Under the pieces are notes generated by a model. The model was not told where the DNA came from and did no database searches. It saw nothing but the letters and a program-made list of their open reading frames with translations. Source: Octopus vulgaris (Eukaryota). Taken from it: DNA of 64,000 bases. How positions within the stretch are numbered: position 1 is the first letter of the stretch; each line of letters begins with the position of its first letter. Both the position numbers and the translations under genes were made by a program. The stretch covers positions 5,766,001 through 5,830,000 of the forward strand of contig OX597829.1 of assembly GCA_951406725.2 (NCBI GenBank), in the 5' to 3' direction. Positions 47,053 through 63,456 of this stretch are shown one piece after another.

Positions 47053-47124
47053 GGATGAATGAATTATCCTTTGTTTACCGTTAACATGGAAAACTTCAAT
47101 AAACAGTTACCACGGTTATTTACT

Positions 47125-47155
<31 letters not shown>

Positions 47156-47168
47156 TCATATATACATA

Positions 47169-47234
<66 letters not shown>

Positions 47235-47674
47235 TACATACATACAGACACACACACACACACAAAAACTCTTATGCCTACTGTTCGACACACTTGAAGT
47301 ACGTAGTGCCTGACGCTAATTGTAAGAATTCCTTTGTAAATATGAATTATTTATATTTTTGTGTTGTAACATTGTTGTGCAGTTCACTGTATATTTGTAC
47401 CCATAAGTGTTTTATTTCTATAAGTGTAAACACATACATGCTCTCTCATACAATCGGCGAACGCACAAACCAATAAATACAAGCACATTCATGCTTCCTT
47501 GCAAATATTAATACCTACACGCATGCATTCTTTGAACCGTGTATTGCAAATCACGCTGCTTAAAGAACCAGATGGAAGTGTATTCACTAGCCTTGTATTC
47601 GCCATTGTTTAATTATTTATGTTTATCTAAGAACGTACGTATGTATATGCATACATGCCCAAATATATATATGT

Positions 47675-47727
<53 letters not shown>

Positions 47728-47988
47728 TAGGGAGAGAGAGAGCCGATAACTGATGAAGGGTCGTTCTTTGTATTACTTGTCTTGTTTTCCAGTTTTTCTC
47801 TTATTATTTGCATATTTAGCTCATTTGTTTACGTATTTCATGTTGTTTACTATTTGTGAGGTCCTGTACCCATATATGCATATATATGTATGCACAAATA
47901 CACACAAACATATATACGTTTCTATATACATATGTATGTATACTCTTAATATTTAGCAGAACAGAGTGACTCAAGTTTCTAAATATCA

Positions 47989-48035
<47 letters not shown>

Positions 48036-48043
48036 CATCTCTC

Positions 48044-48119
<76 letters not shown>

Positions 48120-48180
48120 CATACACTCATATTTTGAGTTCTTATTTTTCCTGCTTGTATCACCATACCTGAACGTGTGC

Positions 48181-48223
<43 letters not shown>

Positions 48224-48583
48224 CCCACACAACTGCATATTTGTATAAGTGTATATGAGTTGATGTGTTCTAACCATGACAAAAAGCAAGTCACCTTTGA
48301 CTTATGTATGCAACGTTTTTGGAAATCAGATTATAATAAAATAATATTCTTTCTATCTATATTTCTATTCAATTTTCCGCTTCTATTTTTAGTTATTTCG
48401 TAAGGAATTTAATGGACGTTGTGATGAAATAATTGCCGGTTATTCAATACTCTAGATTGCATTGTTTTGTTATATACAAGGGACTCTGATCTGATTTTCT
48501 TGCTATATATCTTTCTCTTTCTTCTTCCCCTTCTCTCCATCAATCTCTCTGTGTACATACTTATATAGATACATGTGTATATG

Positions 48584-48654
<71 letters not shown>

Positions 48655-48728
48655 ATCTCGATTTTTGAACACCTCTGATCACAAATAATTCGTGCTTTAT
48701 CTCCTGGCTTTCTTATATTCATTTAATA

Positions 48729-48848
48729 CAGTAGTATCTCGGTTTACGAACGCCTCTACTCACGAATAATTCGTATTTTATATATATACTTATATATTCA
48801 TTTATCAATATTTGTCATTAGAGGTGTACGAAAACCGAAGTACTACTG
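48729..48848. mobile_element. pogo/Tigger-like (Tc1/mariner superfamily) MITE
   Basis: ~29 bp imperfect TIRs CAGTAGTATCTCGGTTTACGAACGCCTCT and AGAGGTGTACGAAAACCGAAGTACTACTG, flanked by TA on both sides. Confidence 0.85.
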
Positions 48849-48907
48849 TATATATATATATCTTGTAAATTGACAGACAATGTGAGAGACAAATGTACAC
48901 ATACACA

Positions 48908-48973
<66 letters not shown>

Positions 48974-48977
48974 TATC

Positions 48978-49011
<34 letters not shown>

Positions 49012-49315
49012 CTGTGTGTGTGTACACATGCCTGTATACCCCGGCCACACACACATATACTATTATACTATTAGCCCTTATGTGATATCTTAATGATCAA
49101 AATCACCCCCGTTACGTTCGTTAAATAAGACGGGGTACGTTCAAGTATATAACGTTTAATTTGTGGCAGGTCATGCGCTACTGATGACTTAAATGTTTGC
49201 GACTATAACAGATGAATGCATATTACATACGTATTCTGTACTTTCCTTGGACGCACACGCATTGACAAATGTTTAGCCATACACATGATTATAATATATG
49301 CATTATCTCTCTTTT

Positions 49316-49428
<113 letters not shown>

Positions 49429-49454
49429 TATATAGTACATATATTATATGATAT

Positions 49455-49487
<33 letters not shown>

Positions 49488-49500
49488 ATATATATATGTG

Positions 49501-49535
<35 letters not shown>

Positions 49536-49999
49536 CAAACACCTACACACACACACATATATATATACATATGTGTTCGTATATACATTATATATATACA
49601 TATATATATATTAATAAATATATATTCATACGTATACATATATATCTGTACATATACACACTCGCATATATATGCATGCATACCACACATGTACACGCAT
49701 ATACAGAAGGAGAATGATGGGAAGAAAGAGATAGAGGGAGAGAGGAAGAGAGACAGACAGACGGACAGAGAAAGGAGACAGACAGACAAGCAGAACTTCA
49801 TGACAATGTACGTGCCTGTGTGAAGTAATAACTGTGTAAATACTATTTCTCTGTCAAATAACTGTCTCTTTTATGTAACTTGTAAATCCGGTGTGTATAC
49901 GTTTCATTCAATTTGTGTACATAAAATTTTTTTTTTGTATGTATGTGTGTGTATGTGAGCGTGCACATGTATGTATACACACACACACATACACACATA

Positions 50000-50042
<43 letters not shown>

Positions 50043-50322
50043 ACGCTCACATACATTACATTGATATAAATGTATGTGTATACACGCATACACATACATA
50101 CGCAAAAACACACACGCACAAACACACACACACACACACACACAATATACATATATATATATATACACATATACTAATATACGTAAGTACACCTAAGGGT
50201 TAGAAGAGAATATATGGTTTGTGCATATTTATACATGTATGTTTGTAATCTAATTTCCGACAGAACTGCTATGCATGTGCATTCCGCGCACGTATTTCAT
50301 ACGCGCTCCCTCGCGTGTGTGA

Positions 50323-50392
<70 letters not shown>

Positions 50393-50419
50393 AAATAAAA
50401 ACATGATGCCAAGGATTCA

Positions 50420-50497
50420 GCGGTACATATGTTTCGGGCCTTTATTAGACAGATTTATAACAATGCATAATGTATGTCTGTGGCCTTCTTCAGCCGC
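50420..50497 (-). ncRNA. Type I hammerhead ribozyme
   Basis: Minus strand reads GCGG-CTGAAGA-AGGCC...GGCCC-GAAA-CATATG-TA-CCGC. Stem I GCGG/CCGC, palindrome ACATATGT, GUA triplet; the first stem II pair is an A-C mismatch. Confidence 0.78.
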
Positions 50498-50643
50498 GCA
50501 CAACAACTTCCACAAGGACATGTGTTACACCTACATGTCTCTTCCACCTACACCACCAAACGGTATATACAGGTGCTTACAATTATCAAGTACTCACCCC
50601 GAATTTCTGTACTCAACTATATATATATATATATATATATTTA

Positions 50644-50749
50644 AAATGACCAGCCCGAAATACAACAATATATATATGTACAATAATATATACATACTTT
50701 AATACATTTGTAAATATACACATACGTGTATATGTGTCTATGCAATGTG

Positions 50750-50780
<31 letters not shown>

Positions 50781-50910
50781 GAATATATATATATATATAT
50801 ATATATAATGACCAGCCCGAAATACAAGCAATATATATATGTACAATAATATATACATACTTTAATACATTTGTAAATATACACATACGTGTATATGTGT
50901 CTATATGTAG

Positions 50911-50942
<32 letters not shown>

Positions 50943-50965
50943 AAATGTAATACATTTGTAAATAT

Positions 50966-50970
<5 letters not shown>
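50644..50970 (+). repeat. Local tandem duplication, ~160 bp unit (2 copies plus a partial third)
   Basis: aatgaccagcccgaaatacaa...taatacatttgtaaatatacacatacgtgtatatgtgtcta at about 50645 and 50807; partial at about 50948. Confidence 0.9.
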
Positions 50971-51014
<44 letters not shown>

Positions 51015-51547
51015 AAATTGAATAATTTTGAGTCAAGAAAGAGTACAGAGGAACAGTTATATTTAATCTCTACAATTGTTTCCACTCAGTGTAGTTCTCC
51101 ACTTTAGCAGGTGTTTGTTTATGCAACCGTTTCCCTGCGTTGCGAGATCTGGTGTTTCATCAGGTGTTATATAAATATTGTCTCTGTGTTCCTTAAGCTA
51201 AAAGTTTCGGCTTCGATCCCATCCTATCTGTCTCAGTGGTTTTGCGAGGTATAACCTAACTATATATATTATATATATATATATATCTACGTACATACAT
51301 ACATATACATAGTCATATACATATATACATACACACGCAAACTTACATTTGTGCAAACGTAAAAGAAGGATATTTCAGATAAACCGTTTTTATTATCACA
51401 CGCTGGTTTACAACAACGAACAAGCAATTACTAAGAATGTCGGATACTTTACTTTCGTGGGGTTTCATTTCAGCTTTTCCCCACATAATCGCACCTGTTA
51501 GAACTAATATTTTCTCTGTATACACACAAACACATATACACGCACCT

Positions 51548-52720
<1,173 letters not shown>

Positions 52721-53251
52721 AACAATTTGTTTGCGTGTACGCATATAGGCATACGCACACTCGCAGACACATATGCACACACATAATATATACGGAGACA
52801 CAGACAAAGCATGCAATTTCTGCAAGTATATATGTGTATTTTCTTACGGAAATTGAGCGCTCAATTTTACGTACGTATGTACGTTCTGACGATATTACTG
52901 TATGAGGTATTCAGCGTGTGTATGTGTGTGTATTTGTGCTTTCTTGATATATTCAACTGTTGATATTCATTGCATTTATTTATCATCCATAATATGTGAT
53001 GTTCTTTATGCACATAATTGTGTGTGTGTATGAGCGCGCACGCTGTGTGCTTGTGTGTGTGTGCGTGTATGTGTGTTTGTTGGTATCAATCTGTGTATAA
53101 ACTATCTCGCTCTACCTAGTTTTATATCTATGTATCATGTATGTATGTATGTATGTATGTATGTATGTATGTATGTATGTATGTATGTATGTATGTATGT
53201 ATGTATGTATGTATGTATGTATCTATGCATGTATATATGTATGTATGTATG

Positions 53252-53361
<110 letters not shown>

Positions 53362-53780
53362 ACTGTCTGTCTGTCTATGTATTTATTTATATAGTGTGTG
53401 CGTGTGTGTATCTCTACTTGCATATACATATATATATTCATGCACATGTTTGTATATTTGTGAGCATGTGTGTGTATGCGAGAGAGAGATAGAGATAGAG
53501 AGAGAGAGAGAGTCATAGAGAGAGAGAAAGAAAAACAAAGAAGGAAAGAACGAAAGAATAAAGAAAGAGTACATTTGTATTTGCTTTCTTCTATTTGTGA
53601 GTATCCGGGTATCTGGTTATATTACGTTTGCATGCAAAGGTCTCACACCGCACCACCCCTTGCACCCTCCTTACATTGTCTTGCTATATTCAGTACTTTT
53701 GGTCGCGAGTGGAAAAGAAGAGAATAAGAGAAACTAATTCGAAATGACTATAAGGAAATGTTCAGCTGCTGCTGCTGCTG

Positions 53781-53851
<71 letters not shown>

Positions 53852-54349
53852 GCTGCTGCTGCTACTGCTGCTACTGCTACTACTACTACTACTACTACTA
53901 CTACAACTACTACTAGGAACTCAGGAACTCCTTTAGTATGATGATGATGATTTATCTAGTTACTACAAACGGCTGTAGAACTGCATTACTAGTAATAATA
54001 CAAAGAATAATAATTGCACAGCATTTAGAAGAGATGTATGTGTATTAAATCGAAACACCCGTATTTGGAACATGCAAATGTACACGTATGCACTGAATTG
54101 TATTGCAAGAAGTATGATATAAAAACGATGATGATAATGACGATGACGGTGACGACGGCGACGATGACGGTGACGACCACGAACGACGACGATGTTGATA
54201 AAGACGATGGTGGTAGTGGTGGTGATGATGATTTCTCTTATTGGTCATTGGAGCGTAGCCGAGGGGGACATCACAAGAGCAGTCAAAAGTTTGTCTGGAA
54301 AGAGGAAAGAAAGAAATTTGGAAAAGGCAGTGAAATGCGATAACAGAGT

Positions 54350-55920
54350 ACATACTATTCAAAGTATGTGATAATATACATGCAGTTCTCCCGAAACAGG
54401 AAAAACTTTCATTAGGACCAATTAAGGAGCCTCCACGGATTACCCTGGCCACCAAAGACACAATCCCTTATCCAAATGCTGCTCTGCAATCTACGGGCTT
54501 AAAATACACCCAGTCACCATAACTTTTTCCACAGTCATCTTTTCATAGGTTCACTTTCCTCTCCACTCTCACCTGCTTTCAAAATGGAACCTTAAAAAGT
54601 CGATGAGGATTTAATCAAAGAGGCAGATGTCTTTGCTTCTTTCAGCATCGTCCATTATGCAATTTCTTTCGCCGTAGCCATTTAACAGTGGAAAAAGCCC
54701 TGCTTTGTCTCGATAGAGAAAGGTGGGTAGTGGGGAGATCTTCACGATTTGATTTGGCCGATTCTCGGATTCATCCCATTTGCGATAACGGGCTGTTCGA
54801 CAAAGCTCCACAAATCAGCACTTGTACGTGCAAAACGGTTTCGTCGCTCTGCGCGCATCTCGGAAAGTCCTGCTAACACTGCTTCTGTGCCTATTGAGTT
54901 TATCTCGAGCCAGAAGTACTCCTCAGTAACACTGCCAAGCCAGAGACTTCTGAGAGTTATCTGTGGTAGTACTAGGCCCGAAGGTCCTCTGAAGTAGACC
55001 TGCTAATTCATCCTCGTCGACGCCTAGAGTTTCCTCGAAAATGTAATCGTTTTTACCCACCACAATATTTGTATATATTGCGAACGCACAACGTCCACCG
55101 AACGCATTGTCGACTGTTCGAGGGCAGTGAGCCGAGCGTCCAATCTTCGTCATTTCTTGACTCAGGATTGCAGCCCTGTCAAAGAGATGAACTACGAAAA
55201 GGCGTAATTTACAAACAGAGACCACACTGCATTAGCATGCCGAACCCGCTTTCCAGAGGGTGCTGGTAACAGATGAACCATCTGACCAGTGCAACGTGCC
55301 CTGTAACACAGGAAACGGAAACGTAAAAGCACTTGTCTGGCCAAACGTGGACCGGGGCAAGAAAATTACTAAAGAGGCGATATAAGCATTCGCCTCATCT
55401 GCCCAACTTTCAGGAATAATTTCCTCTCAGACTACTTCCGAATAAGACTGGTCAACTTACTTTTAACTTTGTCTCAAACCTTATCCATTCGGAGTTCCAA
55501 ACCAAACCAGATCCTAAGCAATTTCACCGGTCCGTCTGTCGATCAACCTCCTATGTTCTTCGTAGGCATAGTGTTTCCTCTTTAGTTGCCAAGCTGAAAG
55601 CCTACCGAATTGTTCACATTTATATTTTCTCCTTCCATCGCCTCGTATTTGACCACCCAGCAAAAGTCACTGCATTGTAGCGACCCAGTCACTGAAAGCA
55701 TGTCTGAAAGTGGTTGCAGTATGACTACTACCAAATAGCGATGGTCGACCCAACCAAAGACTCTTGGTCCAAATTGATCAGGGCCCAGATTTACAGCCCA
55801 TTACCTCTATAATGAAACATATAAGGTGGCGGTTGCCGTAGATGAATCTACCGGAGATCGCATATACGTATGAGATTTTGCGACTAAGCCATCTACGACA
55901 AGCAAGGACATTACAAAACT
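54350..55920 (-). mobile_element. Degenerate L1/Tx1-clade LINE ORF2 (RT N-terminal remnant to C-terminal zinc-binding region) plus 3' UTR
   Basis: Minus strand gives ALINLDQ..(F)..VDHRYL (RT) near 55730-55790 and DNSQKSLAWQCY*GVLLARDKL...P(R)CAQSDETVLH (zf-RVT-like) near 54830-54960; frameshifts, stops and deletions throughout. Confidence 0.85.
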
Positions 55921-55943
55921 AAATAACACACACATATATATAT

Positions 55944-56025
<82 letters not shown>

Positions 56026-56075
56026 CATAGGTTTGTTGAATTTTTGTGCTTTAAATAAAGTATATATATATGCAC

Positions 56076-56123
<48 letters not shown>

Positions 56124-57168
56124 CATACATACGGGATCTAGTGCTGAATCTATTATAGACAGAAAATATTTGCAGCAGAACAACAGTATAGGAGAGGAAT
56201 TCGATGAAATATAACAATAAAGAGTACAGTTTTATGCATTTAAGCAAGGAAACTAATTAAATCTCGTACTCAAGGTACGTGCCCGATTTCAGTTATGGTC
56301 TCTAACCTATTGACGCATACAGAGAGGGGGGTTAAATTCACCTGTCCTGTTCTCGTAAACCTCCACTTTCAGCATATTTAAGGACAGACTGTCCGTGACT
56401 GTCTGACAGGAAATACTCCTTGAATTTTTGTCCTAGTGAAGAGACATTTCCATTTCAATATATAAACTAGCATCTTGGATTCAGTACAAATCTTATTTTT
56501 GTAATATCAATGATATACAATTGCAATCGATATCATAATACACCAGTGAAGTAATGACAATAAAACATGTTAATATGCTAGTGTTGTTGTTTAGTTGATG
56601 GTAACCTCTAATTGCACAGTTTTAATCTATTTTTCTTTCCAATACATTTTTCAAGATATTATGGCGTAAAATGATAAAAATGTAAGTGTAATTATGTTGC
56701 AGACTCACAAGCTATGGGTTATTGTCTTCTCGACCTCTTAAATCAAAGTATGAGTTTTTGTGGTTCAATATGGATGATTTTTAAATCTCTACGACAAAGT
56801 CAATTCCATATTTAACTCATCAATGATAAATGAATGAAATATAATAGAAGAAAAATTCGATCAGAATTCTGTTCATTACAATGGTTAATATCACTCCTTT
56901 ATGAGAGAAAGGACCGAATGGTATGTACTACGTGCTAGACCAACCTGATCGAAATAGCAAATGGATCTCCTAAACATCTTGTTTAAAAAAATGAACATAT
57001 AAGATAGGAAGTTCCATAGCTGGAAAGTTTTTGATCAAAATACTCTTGTATAAAGCAATATAAGCGATTTTAGAGTCATCAAATTATTAACCTCTTTTCT
57101 CTCTCCCTTTATCTCCCTATCTCTCTCTCTCTTTCACACTCACAGATATATGTGTATATATATGTATG

Positions 57169-57202
<34 letters not shown>

Positions 57203-57829
57203 TGTATGTATGTATGTATGTATGTATGTTTGTATGTATGTAGATAGGTAGGTAGGTAGGCATACACATGTATGTGTGTATGTTTGTATATATGATGTCA
57301 TGTTACAGAATGAATGAGATCGTTTGTTTGGTCAATTCCATACATTACACTGCAGCGAGAATACTGTATGAAATAGTGACAAAATCTCCTTCAAATGGCG
57401 TTTGTAACATCTCTATAGAACAGGACAGTTTCTTTTGAACAGTGTACTCCTAGGTATGTAAAAAGCACGAAATCGTCAATACAAGGCCGCTTTTTATCAT
57501 AAGGATACTCAATAAGAAACGATCTAGATTTAAATAACAATCTTTGTTATTGAAGGAAAAGGAGGAAAAGCCCTTGATATTTTATGCGATTCAAAGGAAC
57601 GTGAATGTAAAACCCATGATAATAATAGTGCAAGGTCATCAGATTTTGTAGTGAAAGCTGTCTAGTTCATTGACCTTATCATGAATCTCATATCATTTAT
57701 GTTCTTTTTGCTTGTATAGGTTGGTCAGGTCCTGATATGTTTCAGCACCAGTTACAGTTTTTAGTCTTCTGGTAAGCATAACAACGAGGAACTACTATTT
57801 TTTGTTTTTGTACTTGTAATTTCTATAAC

Positions 57830-58400
57830 TAAGTACTCTTCGTTTTATTAACTCCTACTGCACGAAGTAACTTAACGTTCCTTCGCACAAGGAATGATAA
57901 ATCCAGGGAATCAACCCTATATATTGGGAATGGAGTTGACGACCGGCCTAGGATTAACAATACCACAAATGTAGCTTGTTTTGAACGTCGTGTTCCGACG
58001 CCCAAGTAATAAGGGACAAGATTATAGGTATGCATGTAGAGCAACACTCAGGACCGGAATTCCTGCCGCGTTCTACGCTTGGAATATAGGCACACTCTTC
58101 TATATGTCTTATCTCTTTCGATAGGACATAAGGTAGAGCTCTCTTCAAATTTTCTTTCTTTTTTGCCTGTTGTCGAATGAACTCCTTAGGTAACAGGCAC
58201 ATTTTAATGCCCTGTCATTTCTATCCTTCATTTTTCTGTCGATTAGGTGCAAGGCAAGCCTTTTATCTTTTGTTAGTAATTTGTAAAGATCATAGAAGTT
58301 TGCATCCCTCTTTGTTAATGTTAGCACTTCTGCCAATGATGTACAAACTTGCGTCTTCGGTTGCCAGATTGTGACTGCCAGGTAACCCATATGCTTCATT
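57830..58400 (-). mobile_element. Possible decayed L1/Tx1 ORF1 remnant
   Basis: Three overlapping frameshifted minus-strand ORFs of non-repetitive composition, upstream of and co-oriented with the ORF2 remnant; no motif firmly recognised. Confidence 0.3.
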
Positions 58401-59099
58401 TTTTATTTGTGTTTATATTTTAAATTCTCATTTATTTTTTTTTTATTTACATCATCAAAATTTATCCAATGCTATATTATAGTCAGTTTCGCTTCATAGA
58501 TTATCCAGACAGGCTATGTCTATGACCACACGCAAATTAATAAATTTGTTGTGAATGTACCATTAAATATGTTTCTAATAACAAGTTTAGTTATATTATG
58601 ACACCTTTCAACTCTGGTAATTGCCCCGACGGTGCTTGTTCTGCCTTCTGCAATACCTTAAACTTACTCGAATAAGGTAAACGAAAAATAAGTGAATAAA
58701 TAGATAATGTGATTCAGGATGTAGGCGCGCATTTTGTTGATAGAGCGAAAGAAAACGATTCCTGAATTCATTCTAGATGTTGTCTTTCAATGTATGTACC
58801 AATTACTATAACAACAAAAGCCGCTAGTTTCTATTGAATGTATTGAATACTTTGTAAAATTGTAAAACTGAAAGAATAAAAGAGTAACTATTGCGCCAAC
58901 ATTAAGAATAACAAACACCGGAAGGAAAATAAAACGGCTTACACATGTGTGTGTGTGTGTATATGAACACACACACACACGTGCACAAACACATACACAG
59001 AAATACATATACGTATGTTTGTATGTAGGTTAGTAGGTAGGTAGACATGTGTACATGTATATGTGTGTATGCGTGTATATATGCTCATGTATACATATA

Positions 59100-59144
<45 letters not shown>

Positions 59145-59168
59145 TATGCGTGTGTGTGTATGTTTAGA

Positions 59169-59216
<48 letters not shown>

Positions 59217-61120
59217 TTGCTTATGTTGGAAGAATCTTTACACACCATACTAAACTAAATCATATTTCCTTACCTTCTGAATGGGCGTTCTTGGTACATG
59301 CCCATAGCAACCGGGATTTTTTTTCTCTTGTCGAAGTAAACAGCAGTCAAGTAACCCTCACCTAGACATGTGGCCTTCTACAGATTATTGTTTTTATTTT
59401 TCCTACTATCATTGTTAACGTTTTTTTTTTGTCGTTGTCGTCGTCGTCATTGACATTTCCTTCGTGTTCTGGCGTGTGTGAATGTCCCTCTGGGGGGGCC
59501 GCATTGAAATCGGATTATTACCAAGTTTTTACTGGATGAAGATATTTCTTTCCAAGATTATTTTCAAAGAGGAAACATAGGAACATCGGGACATCCATCC
59601 CAATGCCCGGTAAAGATAGTTCGTCTGTGTTTTAACTAATACTTTATTATAAATTATTAAATTTACAGTATTCTACATAGCCTCTTCTATTAGAAGTGTA
59701 GTAAGAAATAACGAAAAATAGAGGAAAGCGGAGTAGAATTTGATACGTTCCAATCACAATAAATCAACAAAACAGTGTGCAAATTGTCGAAAACAAATTT
59801 TTAACGATATAAAGTATTTAAGTAAAGTATACAAAATGTTCTAATGAAAAACATAGTTGCATGCACAGGTAGTCATATTTCGATTGTCGAAAATTAAAAC
59901 TTTTGCCCCCCACAATCATCACAACTGCACACTCACACACACTTTTGCCAAACGAAGAATAATTGAAGAATGTATGCTAGATTTTATTTCGCTTACACCG
60001 CCAGTAACTAATAGGTGTTAAACATGAACCAGCTGGCTGAACAAAAAACTTTGACAGACAATCGTAAGCAAGAAATGCGCGTCTTTGCCAGAACATTCCT
60101 TAGAGAGCTATAGAGGAAGAAAGTCACTTATTATTAAATCACGAAAATTGAAGTAGATCACTTTATTCTCCTAAGAGAAAAGTTAAATGTGGCTTTGCTC
60201 GATGTAAGTAACACTACATTGCTTCCGCTTTGCAATGATACAACCGACAAGACTAAGCATAATCAATGCTCCCTACACATGCCAATGCATAAGTGCCGGA
60301 ATATATGGGTGGACATGATATAAGGGTCACAGTGAAAGATAACGTCAGTGATGTTGACCCATGACTCATCAGTATATTTGAGGGATTGTTCTGAGAAATG
60401 ATGGATTCCGAGACTACCAGAAATGACATGAAGTCAATGCGCATGTAGGTTCTAATGACTTCCGAATATTGCAGAGCCGTACAGTGCACAAGGAAAAGGT
60501 ATGGGGGCGAAGTACATAGAGAAGATGAGGATCATAATTTGTTGTGTTTTAAATATCTTCTTTAATTATAACTTTTTATAAACATTTACACAAACACACG
60601 CGCTCGCAGACACATACACATACATACTAATACACCTATATATACTATCGCAAATACATTCAATTAAGTATTTTGTTTAATTTAAAGAGAAACATTTTAT
60701 TGACCTCTCATATAGCTGTTATGTATCAATTCCCTTGTTCATGCCGGTATATATCTAATGACACATTTTAACATCTTTTACTTCATGAATTAATGAATCC
60801 TGGTATAAGTGTGCATATAATTCTCATATAAATAGTAGTTTTTAATGTTTTAACATAGTTTATTCTCCGTGAATTTTTTGAGGTTTAAAATTTAAAGTTT
60901 ATCTAAGAATATTTTGTATAACGACTTTCACCGCGTCTCGACGAGCATTATTTTATATTTGCCACTACAAGCATATACATATGCATACATACATACATAC
61001 TTATAAAGATATATACACACACACACACACATATATATACACACACACATATACACACACACACACATATATATATACATATATATATATATTTCATTTT
61101 GGGATTTGGTTTGCAAGATT

Positions 61121-61290
<170 letters not shown>

Positions 61291-61361
61291 CTCGATTAAA
61301 GACGGTGCTCCAGGATGGTTCCAGTCAAATAACTAAAACAAATAAAAGAAAAAAAGTATAA

Positions 61362-61402
<41 letters not shown>

Positions 61403-61614
61403 ATCATATATCGACGTATCATATATCGATGTATATATATCTAGGATATTATTGTTATTGCTATTTTGGGTTTTTCTATTATTATTGCCTACTCGGTTTT
61501 GTTATGTTTACTCTTCTGGATAATCACTAGCGTATGCTTTCATGTGAATGCAGCCCAAAGTGTATACGAATGTATGTATGTGTATTCGAAAGCATATATG
61601 CATATATGAACGTA

Positions 61615-61687
<73 letters not shown>

Positions 61688-61699
61688 TGTGTGTTTATG

Positions 61700-61890
61700 T
61701 ATGTTGAAGATTGGTGCAGGTGTTACGGTAGAACACCTATAAAAATCAGCATTGCTTAGAACTGCAAGAATTATTCGCAGGGTTCTTGAAGCATGACCTG
61801 TAAACAAGTGTCACCTTAGTCTGCTGGATGTGGACAGCTGACACTTTCCATCATACCCAGCAAAATCAGCTGTGAGTTTTTCATATAATA
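61700..61890 (+). mobile_element. R4/Dong-like LINE 3' end with (TAA)n tail
   Basis: Translates [28 protein letters not shown], matching the (LQK.ALLGTARILR.VL) C-terminus; followed by a 3' UTR and (AAT)n. Confidence 0.85.
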
Positions 61891-61955
61891 ATAATAATAA
61901 TAATATTAATAATAATAATAATAATAATATTAATAATAATGATAATAATAATAAT

Positions 61956-62029
<74 letters not shown>

Positions 62030-62054
62030 GAAGAAGAAGAAGAAGAAGATAGCG

Positions 62055-62258
62055 ATAGCACAAGGCCTGAAATTTGGAGGGAGATGACTAGTCGATTACA
62101 TCAACTCCAGTGTTCAACTGGTACTTAATTTATCGACCCCGAAAGGATAAAAGGCAAAGTCGACCTCGACGGAATTTGAACTCAGAAAGTAGCAACGGGC
62201 AAAATACCGCTATGAATTTCGTCCAGGGTGCTAACGACTCTGCCAGCTCGCCGCCTTA
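62055..62258 (-). mobile_element. tRNA-derived SINE family B
   Basis: Minus strand: A box TGGCAGAGTCGTTAG, B box GAGTTCAAATTCC, central gcctt.tatcctttcggggtcgataaattaagtacc (resembles the Meta/MESC SINE core). Confidence 0.88.
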
Positions 62259-62359
62259 ACTAATTAATTAATTAACTGATTAATAATAATAAAAATAACA
62301 ACAGCAATAACAACAACAACACTAATAATAAATAAATAAATAAAAACATAATAATGAAA

Positions 62360-62745
62360 GCAGATCCTAACACTAAATGCAGAATGTAAGCAGTTATATT
62401 CACAGGACAATGAACCGATATTACAACATTAAAACTGACAATAGGTGGTATGAACATATGCCAAACAAAGTACAAGACAACGACCAGGCTACAATCATGT
62501 GGGATAAACTTGTTCAAACTGACTAAGAAAAGCCCAGACATAATAATCGAAGATTGGGAAAAATATACCTGATAACTGATAGACATTGAAGTCCCTTCTG
62601 GTTAAACTATAGTGCAAATGGAGGTGGAAAAAAATTGTCGAAGTGCAAAGACCTCGAAACTGAGGCATTCAAGATGTGGGGCATAAAGGTGGAAACGATA
62701 ACAATAATAATTGGAACATTAGGCATGATAAAAAAAATATGAACG
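62360..62745 (+). mobile_element. R4/Dong-like LINE restriction-like endonuclease fragment
   Basis: Translates, with breaks, RWYEHMPNKV...TIMWD...KPDII...LIDIEVP...KDLE...MWG...IIIGTLGMI (PD-D/ExK RLE signature). Confidence 0.85.
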
Positions 62746-62799
62746 AAAACGTAGAAGCTATATATTATTATTATTATTATTATTATTATTGTTATTATT

Positions 62800-63180
62800 T
62801 TTTTCTTCTTTCAAATTTGCTTCCATTTCTTGCCGAGTGTCTTCCCGACTCCTAGGGCAAAGAAACTCATATTATACATTGGTAGGCCATTAAACCAAAC
62901 TCAGTAGTTCGTTCATTTTTTTTTTTTTTTTGTTAAATACATGAGCAGCAACAGTTCTCACATCTTCTGTTTGTGCCTTATATAATTTCCACTCATTTCT
63001 TATTTTTATTTTCCTTAAATTTTCGTTGCTTCTTGCAATCTTTTCAATAGTCTTGACTCTCAATTTCCCCAAGACACCTGATGAAGGCTGGAGGGTATAT
63101 TGTCCGAAACTTGATGTTAACAACAAACAAAATGAGGACAAATATCCGTCAAATAAAAATAATGTAAATAATGTAAGTAA
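62800..63180 (+). mobile_element. Penelope-like element 3' end with decayed hammerhead
   Basis: CTGATGA 63078-84 ... CGAAAC 63105-10; upstream ..KETHII...IKPN-like remnant resembles a GIY-YIG C-terminus. Confidence 0.55.
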
Positions 63181-63372
63181 GGCATTGGTTTACTCAGAAC
63201 TTTTAATAATAGTGGCCTTATAACACGAAGAAAAGACATGGCACCATATTTTGGAATCCCAAGTGAAATCTTGTGGTAATTTTATACTTCGCCGGGTCTT
63301 TGAAGCATTGAACATTTTAAGTCACACGATAAATTTTGGCGGCTGCTGCTGCTACTGCTACTACTACTACTA

Positions 63373-63456
<84 letters not shown>

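Noticed and set aside
59700-60250. Possible mariner-like remnant
   Set aside because: No paired TIR or transposase motif could be confirmed.
60335-60375. Minus-strand CTGATGAGTC...GAC hammerhead-like start
   Set aside because: Followed by GTTA rather than GAAA, with no stem III or NUH.
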